Assembly (NCBI GenBank): GCA_051294375.1
Contig: CM119264.1
Location: 23,302,787-23,366,786, forward strand
Direction of reading: 5' to 3'
DNA from: Paraspadella gotoi
Taxonomy: Eukaryota; Animalia; Chaetognatha
Length of the DNA: 64,000 nucleotides
The number at the start of each line of letters is the position of its first letter. The first letter of the stretch is position 1. Shown here piece by piece: positions 45,609 to 59,352 of this stretch. The notes beneath the pieces were generated by a model, which worked only from the letters and a program-made list of their open reading frames with translations, was not told the DNA's origin and ran no database searches. The position numbers were made by a program, and so were the translations under genes.

Positions 45609-47408
45609 TTCCGTTTTCGTTCTTTTGGTTTCTCCACCCTTTCTTTCTTTTATTTCCTTTATTATTTTCTTTCCTTTTCTTTCCTCCCTTTTTCCTTCTC
45701 CTCCCTTTCTCCAGCGACAATCGACGTCGATCCCGAGACAAACTTAATCCCTCATTTCTCTCTTTTTTCACGCGCGACGCCGAAATCACGCGCTGAGCTC
45801 GAGAGATGCAGAGAGAGAGACCACGATGAAGAGATGGACGAGAGAGAGAGATGGAGCAGATGAGAGATGAGATGAGGAGACAAGAGGAAGAGCAGATTGT
45901 AGGAGAGGAGAGAGAAGGCCGTAGCGACGCACGATATATCGACATTAGCGCCGAAAACAAAAATAGCGGAAAGAAAAGGCATTAAAACAGAAGGCGAAAG
46001 GCACAAACAAAATGACAACTTACATTGTTTTTACTTGATACCAACAAAAATATTTTGTAAAGAAGGACATATATTTTTAGAATATTTTTAGGAAAGAGTG
46101 TGAAAAAAATGATTTTGTCAAATACAGATAAATAGCATTAAATGACTACAGAACTAAAAGACGATAAAAAAAATGATAATGATATTTAACTAATATATAA
46201 AAGTAAAAAACTAAGGAATCACGTTAAATCACAACCAAACAACTACAACAACAAGAAAAAAACAACAACAACAACAACGAGCTTGTTCCCAACATCAGTG
46301 ACGACAACTTCACATTTTCGCGATGATTTTCTCTTCAAAAATGAAAAGACTTTTTACTCTTGGAAAAAATCTGACAATTAATTCTTCGCATCCATCTCTA
46401 TAGCGAAGAGAGAGAGNNNNNNNNNNNNNNNNNNNNNNNNNAGAGAGCAGGCACGAGAGCATGACGAGAGAGAGATGAGGAGAGAGAGAGAGAGAGAGAG
46501 ATGAGAGGATAACGAGATGAGAGAGAGATGAGCGAAGAGAGAGAGAGAAGAGAGAGCAGACTGATGACTCGACGAGAGAGAGAGAAGAGACGAGAGAGAG
46601 AAGAAAGAACACTGGCTGATATCTTACGCGGCTACGACTTATTCCTTCATCCTCTCTCTGTACGCGGCTCGACTTTCCTCTTTCTTCTCTTTCAAAATAA
46701 AAGAGAGAAGAAGAGATAAAAGTCGAGGAGAAAATGAAGGAAATAAAAAAGGAAAGAATCTCACATAAAACGAAATGAAAGAAATTTGATCTGAAAGATG
46801 AAAAAGAGAAAGAAAAAAAGATGAAAACCTTTTCTTCGGGATTTTTCTCCCATTTTTTTCTGTTTTTATTTTACTTTTTTATCTTCGGAAGGCGACGAAG
46901 TGACTGCGGCTACGGCAAGCGCAACATGAACTCGACTGCTCTCTCTGGTCCTCTCATCGATCTCTCTCGTCACTCTCTCGGTCAGTCAGCTCCTCTCGTC
47001 TCTCGTCCTCTCGGTGCTGCCTCTGCTCGTCTTTTTCTTCTCATCTCTCTCTCTCTGCTTTTGAGTCGGTATCGCTTTTGAGATAAAAGAAAACTTTGAA
47101 CCGAATGTCCATTTTCTTTTCTTTTTCTTTCATCAACGATTTTATTTTTCTTTCATTCTTTCTTTCTTTCTTTTCTTTCTTTTTTTTTCTCTTCTGTCAC
47201 AACTGAAATGGTATTTTTATTCATTAGGACCGAAAATCGAAAATGGGGAGGGGGAATTTTGGTGTTGAGAGTTGAGACCGCTTTAGTTCATGTTTTAATT
47301 TCTTCAATACTGATTAATAATTCAGCTGAGTGACATTTGAAAACTCGTCACAAATGTAAGACTGCAAAAGTACACTTCCTATATAGCAGTCTGAGAAAGT
47401 CCCCCCAC

Positions 47409-47505
<97 letters not shown>

Positions 47506-48699
47506 TTCTTCCTTTTTCGCTCGAATAAGACTTTTTGTGTCTTTTTTTCTTCTTTCGCGTTTTGTCTCTCTCCCGTTTTCAAATGACTCTCTCTCGCGCT
47601 TTCTCCTTTTGTCTCAGTCTCTCTCTTCTTTTTTCTTTCCTCAAATGACTTTGGCGAAAATGAATTTTTCTCGCGCGGATGAATGCGGGCTAAAAAGGCG
47701 CACGATGCTGCTGACGACGACGAAGACGACGACGACAACGAAGATGACGACAACAACGACAACGACTTGAAAGAAGCCGCACGTGAATTTTTAATTATCC
47801 ATTTTCTTTCCTCCCTTTTTTTTTCTTTTTACCTCCCCTTTTTTTCCTTTCTTTTCTTCTCTCTCATTTTCCCCTCCTTTTTACTTTCTTTCTTTTATTC
47901 TCACTTTCCCTCTTTCTTTTTCGGGGCGTTTCCTCCCAAACGAAGCTTCAAGATTTTTTTTCCCTGCATTTCAAACAAGGTGTCCAATGTCAAAAAAGTC
48001 GCTGTCCTGTCATGAGTGAGAACCGGCCCACCTTACGTTAAAGACTAAGTGTTACTGATATTAATTTTTCGTTTTTTTTTTTGTTTTTTTTTACTTGAAA
48101 TCCGCCTAGATCTTGATCGGCGGGTCAATCAACTATCTATTGGAAAATCATGCGATACAGCCGACATTTGCTTCAGATTGACGGATTCATGTACCAAAAA
48201 TTGTTCATCTATCCGTCTGATTTCCTCTTTATTTTTTACTTATTTATATAGCATAATCACAGCAAATTACCCTTGTTTCTTATATTTCTTCATATCGTCT
48301 CTCTTTCGTCTCCCACTTTCTTTCTCTTTAGAACTGTGAATTTTTTTTGACAATTTCCAGAAACGCAGGTGTCTTAAAAGGGAGTGTATAAACATCCAGA
48401 GAAAAATCATCCTTAACGAGTAAAAAATAATAATAAAATGCGTTTGGCCGAAACAAGGAACGAAAAAAGATTTTTTCCCTGAGGGTATGAAAACACAAAG
48501 AGAGAGAGAGAGAAAGAAGAGAAAAGAGGAGAAAGAGAGAGAGAGTAGAGAGAGAAGAAGAGGCATACGAAAATTACCCTTTTCGGCTGACATCCCTAGT
48601 AATTTTCTTCTCCGATCGGACGCTGCGCTTTCACATCCGGCCAAATTTTCCATTTTTCTCAATTTTTGTCTTTTTGTCTTTTCTCCTTATGATGGGCGG

Positions 48700-51600
48700 G
48701 AATTCTTTTCTTCTCTTCCGTCTCTCTCTCCTCTCTTGCTCTCTCTTCTCCTCCTCTTCTCTCCTCTCTCATCTCTCATCTCTGCTTCTTGCTCTCGTAT
48801 CGTGTTTCTTTCTTCCCCGAAAATGAAAACAGCGGCGACGTTGACGGCGCAGAGTAGAGCGATCGCGACCGCTTCCGTTAGCGTTTAAACTTTCGTGCTG
48901 AATCCGATATACCTGCCTTCTTCCCATCTTGGTGTTTTAGCATCTTATTATGTTAGCTCCTCCTGGTCAGTCTCTCTCACCTTCTTCTCCTCATCTTTCT
49001 CTCTCCTCCGCTTTTGCTTATCTCGCTCACAGGTATGTCTCTCCTGCTCTCTCTGTACTCAGTCTCGACTCCTCGCGTCCACGAGATCTCCTCATCTCTC
49101 CTCTCTCTCTCTTCATTCTCTCTCGTACAAGCCCGAGTTCAAGGAGGGGAGTTTGCACGGAACGGCCAGTGAAAAAAGTGGTTAATTAGTTTCTTTCTCG
49201 TCGGTTAATTTTTTCTTCAAGAATTTCATTTCCTTTTCTCAATTTTTCAGTTATTGTCCGTTTGTCTTGCTCTCGTCCTCTCTCTCTCATCTCTAGCTCT
49301 CTCTGCTCTATCGCATCATGCTCATCCGCTCCGTTCGGTCTCTCTCTCCCGTTCTCCTTCTCTCTCTCTCTCTCTTTGCCGTTCAGCCCAACTTTTCCTC
49401 CTCCACCCCATCCTCCGCATTTAGTTATTGTTTTTCTCGCTGTCTAACCCTCGCTTACTCTATCTACTTCTTTCTTCCAGCGTCGTCCGATCCAGTACTG
49501 CAATGCGTATTGCTGTACCAATCCTGCATTTTTTTTTTATTTTTTTGTTTTATTTCCCAATGTCTTTCTTTTTTATCGGGGGTCGGCGTAACTATTTTAC
49601 TGGCCTAGACCGAGGCGTCAGGATTAAGAGGGAGCGTAAAAGGAAAGTAGGGGAGAAATCGCGAGANNNNNNNNNNNNNNNNNNNNNNNNNATCGTCCTG
49701 TTTCCCTCTCTTCTCCTCTCCTACTCTCCGCAATCTTATGGCCCCTAAGAACAAAAAACAAAATCCAAGTGAAAAAAATACCAAAATAATGTCCAACAAT
49801 GGAAGCCCGAGAAGGAGAAGAAGGAAAAGAGACTTAGACAGAGAGAAGGGAAAGAAGGAAACTTGCCCCGGGCGGCAATCATAGAGCTATAAAAACAAAT
49901 GGTCTCTCCCTAAAACGATTTGGTTGCTTACTTGAACTCTGCTTACCTTTAAGTTTCTTTTAAGAGATCATTATAACCTTCCTAATTGTTATATTTGTAT
50001 ATGATTGTTAGATGTAAGCAAGAAGATATGTTTGCTTCAAAGGCTTATTAAGTAAGTATTTTCTGTAAAAAAAGATCTAATTCCCCTTAGCAGGAGGCAA
50101 GAGTTAATGATAGTGATTCCTAATAAATTCTTACCTGAAGTTATTTTTAAGCCCGTTGCACCAGACCCTTAAAGAATGTCTTATTTGTGGTGAAGTTACT
50201 GTTTTAAAGGAAACACAAAAAGATTTAATAATTGGCACGCATATAATCATCGCCTTTTGTAATCTAAGTTGAAACAGACATATTTAAATTTCTATCAAAT
50301 ATATCAAACAGATCTACATGTCTATTCTCAGTCTATTTGCAGGCGACTTTAAACTCTTTCTCACGTCTACTGCTGCGGAAGGAATGTTGATACACCACAG
50401 GGTGAAAAGACTTACTCTCCTCTCATTCTAAATACCAACTCTTTCGGCCGGCGTGAACCATGGTGACTCACCAACCTTCATCAGCAAATCTCTAACGGCG
50501 AAGCAAACCATGTTCTAGACGTTTGTCTTAACCAGCTAGGCGTCACACTGTCGCCAAAATAGACTCATGTTACAGTCTGATGATCTGTCGGTTCAGTACC
50601 ATTTGCGAGTTCTGACAACATCTCCGTTTAAAATATGAAAAAAAAACGGTGATCCACTGTAAAGAAAAGCTCATGTGGGCAAAAATTCGAGAATCTATTA
50701 AGAGGTGGGAGGTTGTCCAATTTAAAGAACCGGAGGAAATCGTCAGCAGCTCAGAGAACTTGATACAAAAACTTAAAACACTTTTTAATTTGATAATAGA
50801 CCTCTTACAATGAAAAACACCGAGCTTAATAAAAAGAAAATGGGATCATAAAAGGACGGGAGATTCAAAATAGGATATAAATTTACACAAAGCCTCCGTA
50901 AAAAAGAAACCGTACGGATTATCAAGAAAATATTGTTAACTTATAAAAAAAAGTGGGGTTTGCGGCTTCACCTAGAGGATAAAGAAAAGAAGAATACAAT
51001 TACGTTGTAGAAGACTAAGATCTGCTAACAAAAATGGGTTTGTCAAATCATTACAAGTCAAAGTAAAAAAATTTCATGAAGAAAAAGGGACGCAGCCAAA
51101 AAAAAATGAAGATTAATAAAACAATATCCACGAAATCTATTCTCCAAATTCCCTCCAGAATGCAATGCTTCGTAGAGGTGATGGGTTCTGTAGCCAGAAA
51201 GAAAACAGACTGCGCGGCAAACTTTGCTATTTTTGCCTGATAACTGCGAATATTGTTAGGTGAACCTGTCTTCCTTGAAAGCAAGAATGGGCAAGACGTA
51301 AATTAACTGAACAGCGTTTCACAATACCAATCTTAATCTTTCCCTGATACAAACAACCAGAAGATATGATCCTTATGAAACATTGTAAATTGAGGAGTTA
51401 GAAATGGAAAAATATAGTTGAACTAATCAAACTGTTTTTAAAAATCCGACTCAAGCCACGGGATTCAGATAACATAAACCATAAAATGCTCCAAATTGTA
51501 CGTCTAGAGGGTCTGACAGGCCTCTACAAAACTATATTCGTTGCGGTCGTCGATTGGATATTCCCAAAAGCATTTTGGAAATTGGCCTCTGAATCCGAAA

Positions 51601-53368
51601 TTGATCCCAAAACAGGGGGAAAAGAGTGCAACCAATGTCGAGAAATTATTCGACAACTAGGTCTTCTTTCCGTCTTCCTGCCTGGGAAAAATGATTCGAG
51701 AGATGGATTCCTTCCTGGTCTGCGATAAAGCCATATGCTAAAATCTACAGGAGGCAAGAAACCCTCTTCATCAGTTGTTATCGGGAAAGGTCGTTCTGCC
51801 TCCAGAAAATATCCAGATTGGTTGAAGATGCTCGACGATGCTTTCAAAAACAAGAGGTTGAACCTATCCTAGTCATCTTGATTACAGTAAAGCTTTTTGA
51901 AGACATATGGCATGACGCGTCGTCTCGTTACAAATTATTAAAAGTGGCATTTCCAAATACATGACTCCGTTTAATAAATTCATTTCTTGACCAACCGAAG
52001 CTTCAAAGTCATTCGAGCAGAGAGATGAACAATCACGTGAAGTCCTGATTCTCTGTGGCTGCACCCCAAGAGCAGTTTTAAAGCCCCGAATTGTTTGGCC
52101 CTTTTTTGGTGAACTTACCCAATCTCATGTCCAATACCCTTAAAACCCAGAGTTCCTTCAAAGCCTCGCCCCAATTGAAGTGATGATGTCAAATGAAGAA
52201 CCTGGACAAATTGATCGCCCGCAATGCAACCGCTTTTGGGGCGGCAGCCTCTTGACGTCTTTTGAGAGTGGCTGCCCAATTACGCCCGGACTATTCAGAG
52301 CATCTGGGCTCTCGTCAAAAGTTTCCTCAACCTTGCTGTAAGAAGGCTCGTTAACGAACTCTTCATAAAGCTTGAAAGATTGGTGTTTGAATGTGGTTCT
52401 GGATCGTGTGTCCCGAAAATCAGAGTGTATCCTTATAACTCGTTCTTTTAAGTCTTTGTTAATTTTGTTGAAATTAATTTTGTTTGCTGTTCGGTAGTTA
52501 GAATCACATGTTCCAATAGCATTAAAATTTTTTAGATTGTATTATAGGAACAAACGCTCCACTGGACTAACCATAGTTAATGAGTTATTTAAAAAAGCAA
52601 AATGTGAAATTACTTGCCAATAACAGATATCACGTTGTTGTACCAGGTGATAACTACAACTGTCTATCAGCTTAATTTCCAGAAGCCTTGTAGTTGTTTC
52701 TCTTTTTTAATTCATCTCCTTGCTATTTGGTCTGCGAGCTTGATCAGTTTGCTTGAAGTTTGGAGGGCCGTTACGCTGAGAGGCTATATTCGAATCTTTT
52801 CAAATGAACCTTGCCCCATTCATACCCCTACGAGCAACCTTAGATTAGTGCAGGCGGCCCAAAATACCACTGGGTTCAGATTGATATTCACAAAATTTTT
52901 GCTTGTATCATAGAATTTAAAACGTATTGTTTCAGAAAAACATTTGTTTGACCACACTGTAAATTGTATTACTTAATACTATTGTACAAGTATGTCACCA
53001 ATAGAAAAAGCTACGTGGGTTGGATGTATTTTGGAAAGAAAACGCGTTGCATCAAATTGGCGGAATGTGAAAGATTCATAATATTGTGTCTCTTTACCTT
53101 AATAGCCAAATGAAGGGAATAGCAAGTATGTTCATAAGATGTCCAAATGTTTAGCCTTCATTACTTAAACCGCGTTATCAAACTTCGACAGTTTTAGTCA
53201 GTTTAAAACATTTTTATATCTGTAAAAACTCGCATCAGATTTATCTAAGTCGCTTTTAAAGGGCCCTAACTCCAGTGCCTAAACCCCACTCAGAATCAAT
53301 GGTTCACATGTTCAATGTTCTCTCTCTCTACTCTCTGCTCTCTCTTCTCTCTTCTCTCTTTTCTACTC

Positions 53369-53401
<33 letters not shown>

Positions 53402-54135
53402 GTCTACCGATTTTTTTCTTTTCTTTTTTGTCCCGAGAAATGAAAAGCGGCTGGACGTTTAGCGCCGAGTAACGGAATCCCGTTAGCTTCTCCTCTTGTT
53501 TTTTTTAAACTTTGTCTGCCTGTTCGTCTTTCCCTCTCTCTCTCTCTCTCGTCGTCTTGCTCTGCCTCTCTCTGCTCGTGCTGCTGCTTCTCTCTCTCCT
53601 CCTCTCTCTTGTCCTCTCTCTCGTGCTCGTACCCCCTCCCGGCGAGTAGGAGGGGATTTCACCGCCCCTCGAACCCCGCCGTGTGTTGTGTTGACAAAAA
53701 AACACGCATGGTCATATTTCTTTTCTCTCTTCTTTTTTCTCAATTTTCTCCCTTTTTCTTCAATTGTTCAGCTATTGTCTTTCTCTCCTCTCTCCCTCTC
53801 TCCCAACACTGGCCTTCGCCTAACGGCTCTTTCAGGCTGGACGGCCCATACTCCTTCACTTCCTCTTCCGTTCTCTCCTCTCTCTCCTCTCCTCTCTCTC
53901 TCCTCTCTCTCTCTCTCGTCTCTCTCTCTCTCTCTCTCTCTCTCCGTTCAGCCAAACTTTTTCCTCCTCCACCTCCTTCCTCCCTTTAATTTTTTCTCTC
54001 CCTCGATCACTCCTTAATCTTCTCCTTCGTTCTTCCATCAGCGTACATCGCCCAATCCTTTTTTTTCTGTCCCAATTCTTTCTTTCGCGAAATTTTGACG
54101 AGGGGTAATGTAAGGGAGAGGGGAGAAATCAGAAG
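48700..54135 (+). repeat. Noisy direct duplicate flanking the LINE: ~48700-49666 matches ~53320-54135
   Basis: Colinear anchors aaatgaaaa..gcgg, tttaaactt, aggagggga, ccgttcagcc.aactttt, ggggagaaatc. The first copy ends at the 25-N gap 49667-49691. Confidence 0.7.
49738..53250 (+). mobile_element. Non-LTR retrotransposon (LINE) ORF2: AP endonuclease, reverse transcriptase and C-terminal region, heavily frameshifted
   Basis: Motifs in the expected order: KIMSNN (~49783), GDF(N) 50342, NHGDSPTF 50456, LDVCL ~50515, GS(D)HL ~50590, DNINHKML 51468, FPKAFWKLA 51561, SKAF..WHDA ~51886-51919, KDWCL..KSECILIT 52375-52440, GYIR..CPI..NLRLVQAAQN ~52780-52865. No microsatellites inside, unlike the flanks. 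Clade not determined. Confidence 0.88.
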
Positions 54136-56044
54136 GGATTAAAAAAAATGGTAAAATTGGTAAATTGAGGAAATAAAACGGGGTAAGAATTAAAATATAA
54201 GAAATCAAGTAATATTAAGATCAATCTTTTGTTCATGACCTGCGCATATGAAATAAATAGAGAGGAAAATTCCTTAATTGTGGAACAAAAAAAATAAAGA
54301 AAAAACTAGCGAGAGACCAAATAACGACGTCTCTTTGTGAGTTCACAGCGCAACCGCAAAAATCGTTCTGTTGTTTTTGTCAAGACTTTTGGATCCTAAA
54401 ATGAAACTCGAAAACTAAAAAAAAAAAGAAATCCAAGAACTTTTTTCCGCGCGCCATTTTTTTTCAAGAGAACAAGATATCGAAGTTTGCTCCTTTTGTT
54501 TTGGTCGAGTTTCTTCGATCTGTAACGGTGCGGGCGGGCGCTCGTCAAGCGTCGGCAGAGTCGGCGTCGGCGGCCGTCGGCGGTACCCGCAAAAAAAACC
54601 GGCGTCCAAGCGCCGAAAGCAATTTCAAGACGTCGTTTTACGCGGGCGGCGTCTTCCGCTGCCTACGCCCACCTATGCATTAGTATTATCATTTTTTCTT
54701 TAATGATTGTTTTCTTTTTTGTTTATCGACCTCCGTTTTCTTTTTGTCTTCGGTTTTTGTTTCTGAATTTGTGTATGAACTCTCTCACCGCCTTTTTTTT
54801 TTTTTTTGCGCGCCCCGAGGCGAGCGAGCGGAAAAGAGAGAGAGAGAGAGTAGAGAGAGAGAGAATGAGAGAGAAGAGAGAGAGAAGAGAGAAGAGAGGA
54901 GAGAGAGAGAGCAGTAGAGGAGAGAGAGGATAGCGAGGCGCCAATCGTTTCGAAGCAAACTCTAGAAAAAAAAACTCATTTAAAAGAAGAAGAAAAAGAA
55001 AAATCATCCAGCAGAGAAGAGAAGAAGAGAGAGAGAGAGAGGAAGAGGAGATGAGAGAAGAGAGAGACCGAGACGAGAGAGAGGGAGAGAGAGAGATTAG
55101 GAGAAATGAAGAGCGAGAGAAGAGATGCAGGTAAAGAAGAAAAAAAAGGTCCGTCGAAAAGAAAAAAAAAGAATAAAATTTCCGTGAAAATTCGAATCAT
55201 AATTTGTGCGGACGAAAAAAAATGTTTATGGCTTCAGGCGAGATTGCGGACGAGAACGCATTACCTGATGAATCACGTTTAACAATGGACGCAGCCTAAA
55301 TTTCCTTAAATCGCCTTTTAATCGCGTTTAATCGCTCTTAATTGACTTTGAGTTGAAACATTGTCGTTAATCGAGTCCGTTTAACGTTAATCTATTTTAA
55401 TCGACGTCAGATTGAAACAAGGAACACACATTTAATTATGCCATAATTTATGGTCAATAAATTGTCATGATTAGGCTTTCCTCGCGTTGTGGTTTAACTT
55501 TTAATTTTTTTTATATTTGTAATAGATAATTAACATCACACATCCTGAGACTAAATACTCCCCCAGGTTCCTTCAATCCACCAAATGTCAGTAAAAATGC
55601 AAACGCGTTTTAAAAATAACTTTTTATATTTATCGGCACCTAAATTAAATTTGATTTATTTCAACGAGAATTAATTAATTTCAATTGTCTCTTCCTCTCC
55701 CAGAATAGCATTATTAAACGATCTTTTCCTCTCTCCCTTTTTCTATTCCACCCAAAATTCGCACCTTTTTCTCAGTCGACCTTGTCCTGCTTTTTTCCGC
55801 TGGCCTTCACACGCTCCCCTCTCGCGCCAAGCCACCTCCTCCACCCCCTACCTCTCTTTTGCCCCGTGACCACCCCGATACCCCCGTTCCCTTCTCCACT
55901 CACGGGAAACAAAGTGGCGTCTGTTTGCACCTCCAAAGGTCGAAAGTTTGGCGCGCGCATCGCCCATCCACGGCACCTGTCATCGCCAGGTTATGAAAGG
56001 GAAAGAGAGAGAGAGAGGACGAGAGGATCGAGAGAGAGAAGAGA

Positions 56045-56093
<49 letters not shown>

Positions 56094-56730
56094 GTCATCG
56101 TCCCTGCACAATCGACCAATGGCTCAAAAACGGAAAGGAAATGGAAGATGGATGAGATGGGCATGAATGGGCAACTCGGGGTCAGAGGTCGCCAGCGGGT
56201 TTGGAAAGGTAAGAGGTTGAAGGAGGAGGAGGAGGAGGAGGAGGAGGAAAGGGAAGATTCAGGGGATGAATAAGAGTCAAGTGGCCAGTAAACGTTTCAG
56301 AAAAAAGCGTCTCACGGTCGCGGGTTCGAATCTCGATACCGGAAAAAATTATCGAGAAATCCATTCGCGAATTTTGCGATTTCTTTTTCGCGGGAACGAA
56401 GCTTGATGCTTCTTATAGTTGTTGTCGTTATAGTCCTTTCTGTTGTTGTTGTTCTACCCTCGAAGGTAATTCTCTTTTTCAACCACAGTCATGTCTATAT
56501 CAAACACTCTTATGTCTAATCGTGAATCAGGATCTTTTCTCAGCAATCATAGCTAAATAAACAAGAAACTTATTCTGCTCCTCCTCCCGATCTCCCTTCT
56601 CTAACTCGCTCTCTCACGCTCTCTTTTTCTTTTTCTCTCTATCTCTCTTTGTCTCCCTCTCGGGGCTTCAATTTCAAAGTTTGAGGGGAGAATGAACTTC
56701 CTAAGACTTGGGGTTAAAACCGCGGTAGAG

Positions 56731-56789
<59 letters not shown>

Positions 56790-58991
56790 GTTGTCGGGCA
56801 AATTGTGAGGAAGTCAGGAGATAAGAGAACGCTTTCGCTTGAAACTTTGTGAAAGGGAGAGGGAGCCTTGGTGCTTAGAAGAAGAATTGTTGATGGCAAG
56901 CACCAATTGATAACCGGCAATGACAAATGACAATAACAATTGGCAATGGCAAATGACAGTATAAAGCATAAAGCTAATTTGTCCGTCCTCAATAAAGTAT
57001 AAGAAATTTAATGATATTTTATTGTCAGATGTTGACGTTAACGACGACGAGGACGACAACAAAGCAGATCACTATGACGACGATGACCACGACGACGACG
57101 AGCCATTTGCTTTGACCATTTGCTCTCGTCGACGTTGGTGTCTCTCAAATATCCAATTAACCGGAATCAATAATGAATTTCGAAAACTGACTCATTCCTC
57201 GTTGGATCTGTTTTCATCCAAATCAAAAATGACCGAAAAGACTTCATCTTCGTCGAACTTTGCCTGACTCGCCGAACTCTGCTCTACTTTGCCGAACTTT
57301 GCCACATTTCGTCGAAATCGCGAGACTTTTCCCTACTTAGTCTTTGCCAACGATGACCTCGAGATTATTGTGACTACTGACGACCGATTTGACGTCGCCG
57401 AGCGGTAATAACTTGGCGTCGTGGCGTCGCCGTAACGTCATTGACGTCGCCGTCAAGTCAGTGTTCGGGGTCACTTGAATTGACGTTGAAGTGAACTTTT
57501 TTTAGAACAATTAAGTTAATAATAAAGAAAACAAAATAAATTATTTCTTTTTTTTCTCTCTCTCTCTCACTCTCTCTCTCTCTCTCTAGGAGGGCGTTGT
57601 CCGCCGAGGGATTTGACCCCCTGGCGGACCTTCTTCCGGTTTCTTCCGGCGGCTGCGCCTCAATTTTTCGACCGAGAAAAACCGGCGAGATTCGGTGGAC
57701 GCCTTTGTGACAGGGCGTCACTCTCAGCCGACGCTTGACGCCCCGAGCCGCTTCCCGGCGTCAATCCTCTCGCTCTCACTCTCTTTCCCTCACTCTTTCT
57801 CTCTCTATATATATCTCTCTCTAACTATCACTCTCTCTCTCTCTCTGGCGAAATTCCGTTATCAAGAGTCGAATAATCTTCGAAACCGAAATTCTGAGTC
57901 TTTCTCTCTTTATCTCTCGGTATCTCTTTCTCCCCCGCCCTCCCTTCAATCTTCCTCTGGTTCTCTCTCCCTCTCTGTCTCTGTCTCTCTCTCTCACATT
58001 CAAGATCCACTCGAAGGAAGTTGCCANNNNNNNNNNNNNNNNNNNNNNNNNNNNNNNNNNNNNNNNNNNNNNNNNNNNNNNNNNNNNNNNNNNNNNNNNN
58101 NNNNNNNNNNNNNNNNNNNNNNNNNNNNNNNNNNNNNNNNNNNNNNNNNNNNNNNNNNNNNNNNNNNNNNNNNNNNNNNNNAAAAATATTCGGCAGTTTT
58201 TATCTTCTTTTCGTAATTTTTTCTTGTTTTTTTCTTCTTAATTTTATTTTATTTTATTTATGAATTATTTTCCTCATCCTGCACTCATGATTTATAAATC
58301 CAAATTGGGAAGTTGATAATTATCGTGCTCGTTTATCAATTTAGTTCTCTCATTTGTTTTAAGATACTCACATTTACTGTACATTCACTCCCTTGAACCA
58401 TAATTTTTATCTTTTAATCCGTTCCCCTAATCAACATAATTAGTTCAATCATTGCCAAGCACCTCACCGCGATTCCTCCACCAAGCTCTCCGACAACACA
58501 AAACTTTTTCGTTCGTCTTCTTTGCGGTTGAAACTTTGGATGCCTCCTTTCTCTCTCTCTTACTCTCTCTCTCTCTCTCTGCGCCCGGGGTTCGAGAAGA
58601 ATAGGCTATTGGAATCGATTTTTCTCTTGTTCCTTTTTTCTCTCTCTCTCTCACTCTATCTCTCTCCCGGCGGCTCTTCCCTTCCACGCCCACGTAACTA
58701 GCTTTTCCTCCTCTTCTTTCTCCTCCTCTTCCTTCTTCCTCCCGCCCCCCCTCTTTTCCTCGCCGAACCCAAACACAATGGCTCCGCGGCTTTCCTCCTA
58801 ACAATGGGTTCTTTCCTTTTTCGTTGACGCCGGCCCAGAACGGAGAGAGAGCGAGAGAGAGATGAAAAGAGAGAGAGAGACAGAGTTCCAGAGAGCGGCC
58901 ATTTCCCGCCGGCCCCCGTTTGTTAAGCGCGCGACGATAGAGAGCGAGAGAAAGAGAGCGGAAAAAACACAATGGGAACCGGGGGGAAGGT

Positions 58992-58992
<1 letters not shown>

Positions 58993-59030
<38 letters not shown>
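58993..59030 (+). repeat. (GAC)n microsatellite, representative of about ten GAC/GTC tracts between 33.6 and 63.8 kb
   Basis: Also at ~33626, 34190, 34360, 35713, 40764, 44516, 47713, 57041, 63271 and 63773. Confidence 0.95.
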
Positions 59031-59031
<1 letters not shown>

Positions 59032-59177
59032 CATTGTTGATGACGTCACCGGCTTCGCGGGAGGCGGTGACGTCACAAACGCTAAAAACTTTTGTCGTCG
59101 ACGAAGAAGAAGAGAAAATTGGAAGCGATGAGTCGCGAAGGAGTGAGTGGGCGCGGCGGGTTGGAGCGAATGGGCTA

Positions 59178-59352
59178 AGGTGGAGTGGAGCGAGGAGTTT
59201 AAGGGTGAGTGGAGCGAGGAGTTAAGTGAGTGGAGCGAGGAGTTACGGTGAGTGGAAGCTAGGAGTTAGAGGTGAGTGACGAGGAGTTAAGGTGAATGGA
59301 CGAGGAGTTAGTGAGTGGAGCGAGCGTTAAGGTGAATGGAGCGAAGAGTTAT
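59178..59352 (+). repeat. ~22 bp minisatellite GGTGAGTGGAGCGAGGAGTTAA, about 8 degenerate copies
   Basis: Direct reading of tandem units. Confidence 0.85.

Noticed and set aside
45398-45796. ORF with a poly-Met run
   Set aside because: Translation of the (GAT)n microsatellite.
50120-50145. CAG|GTAAGA on the minus strand as a recursive splice site
   Set aside because: It lies inside the LINE and lacks a pyrimidine tract.
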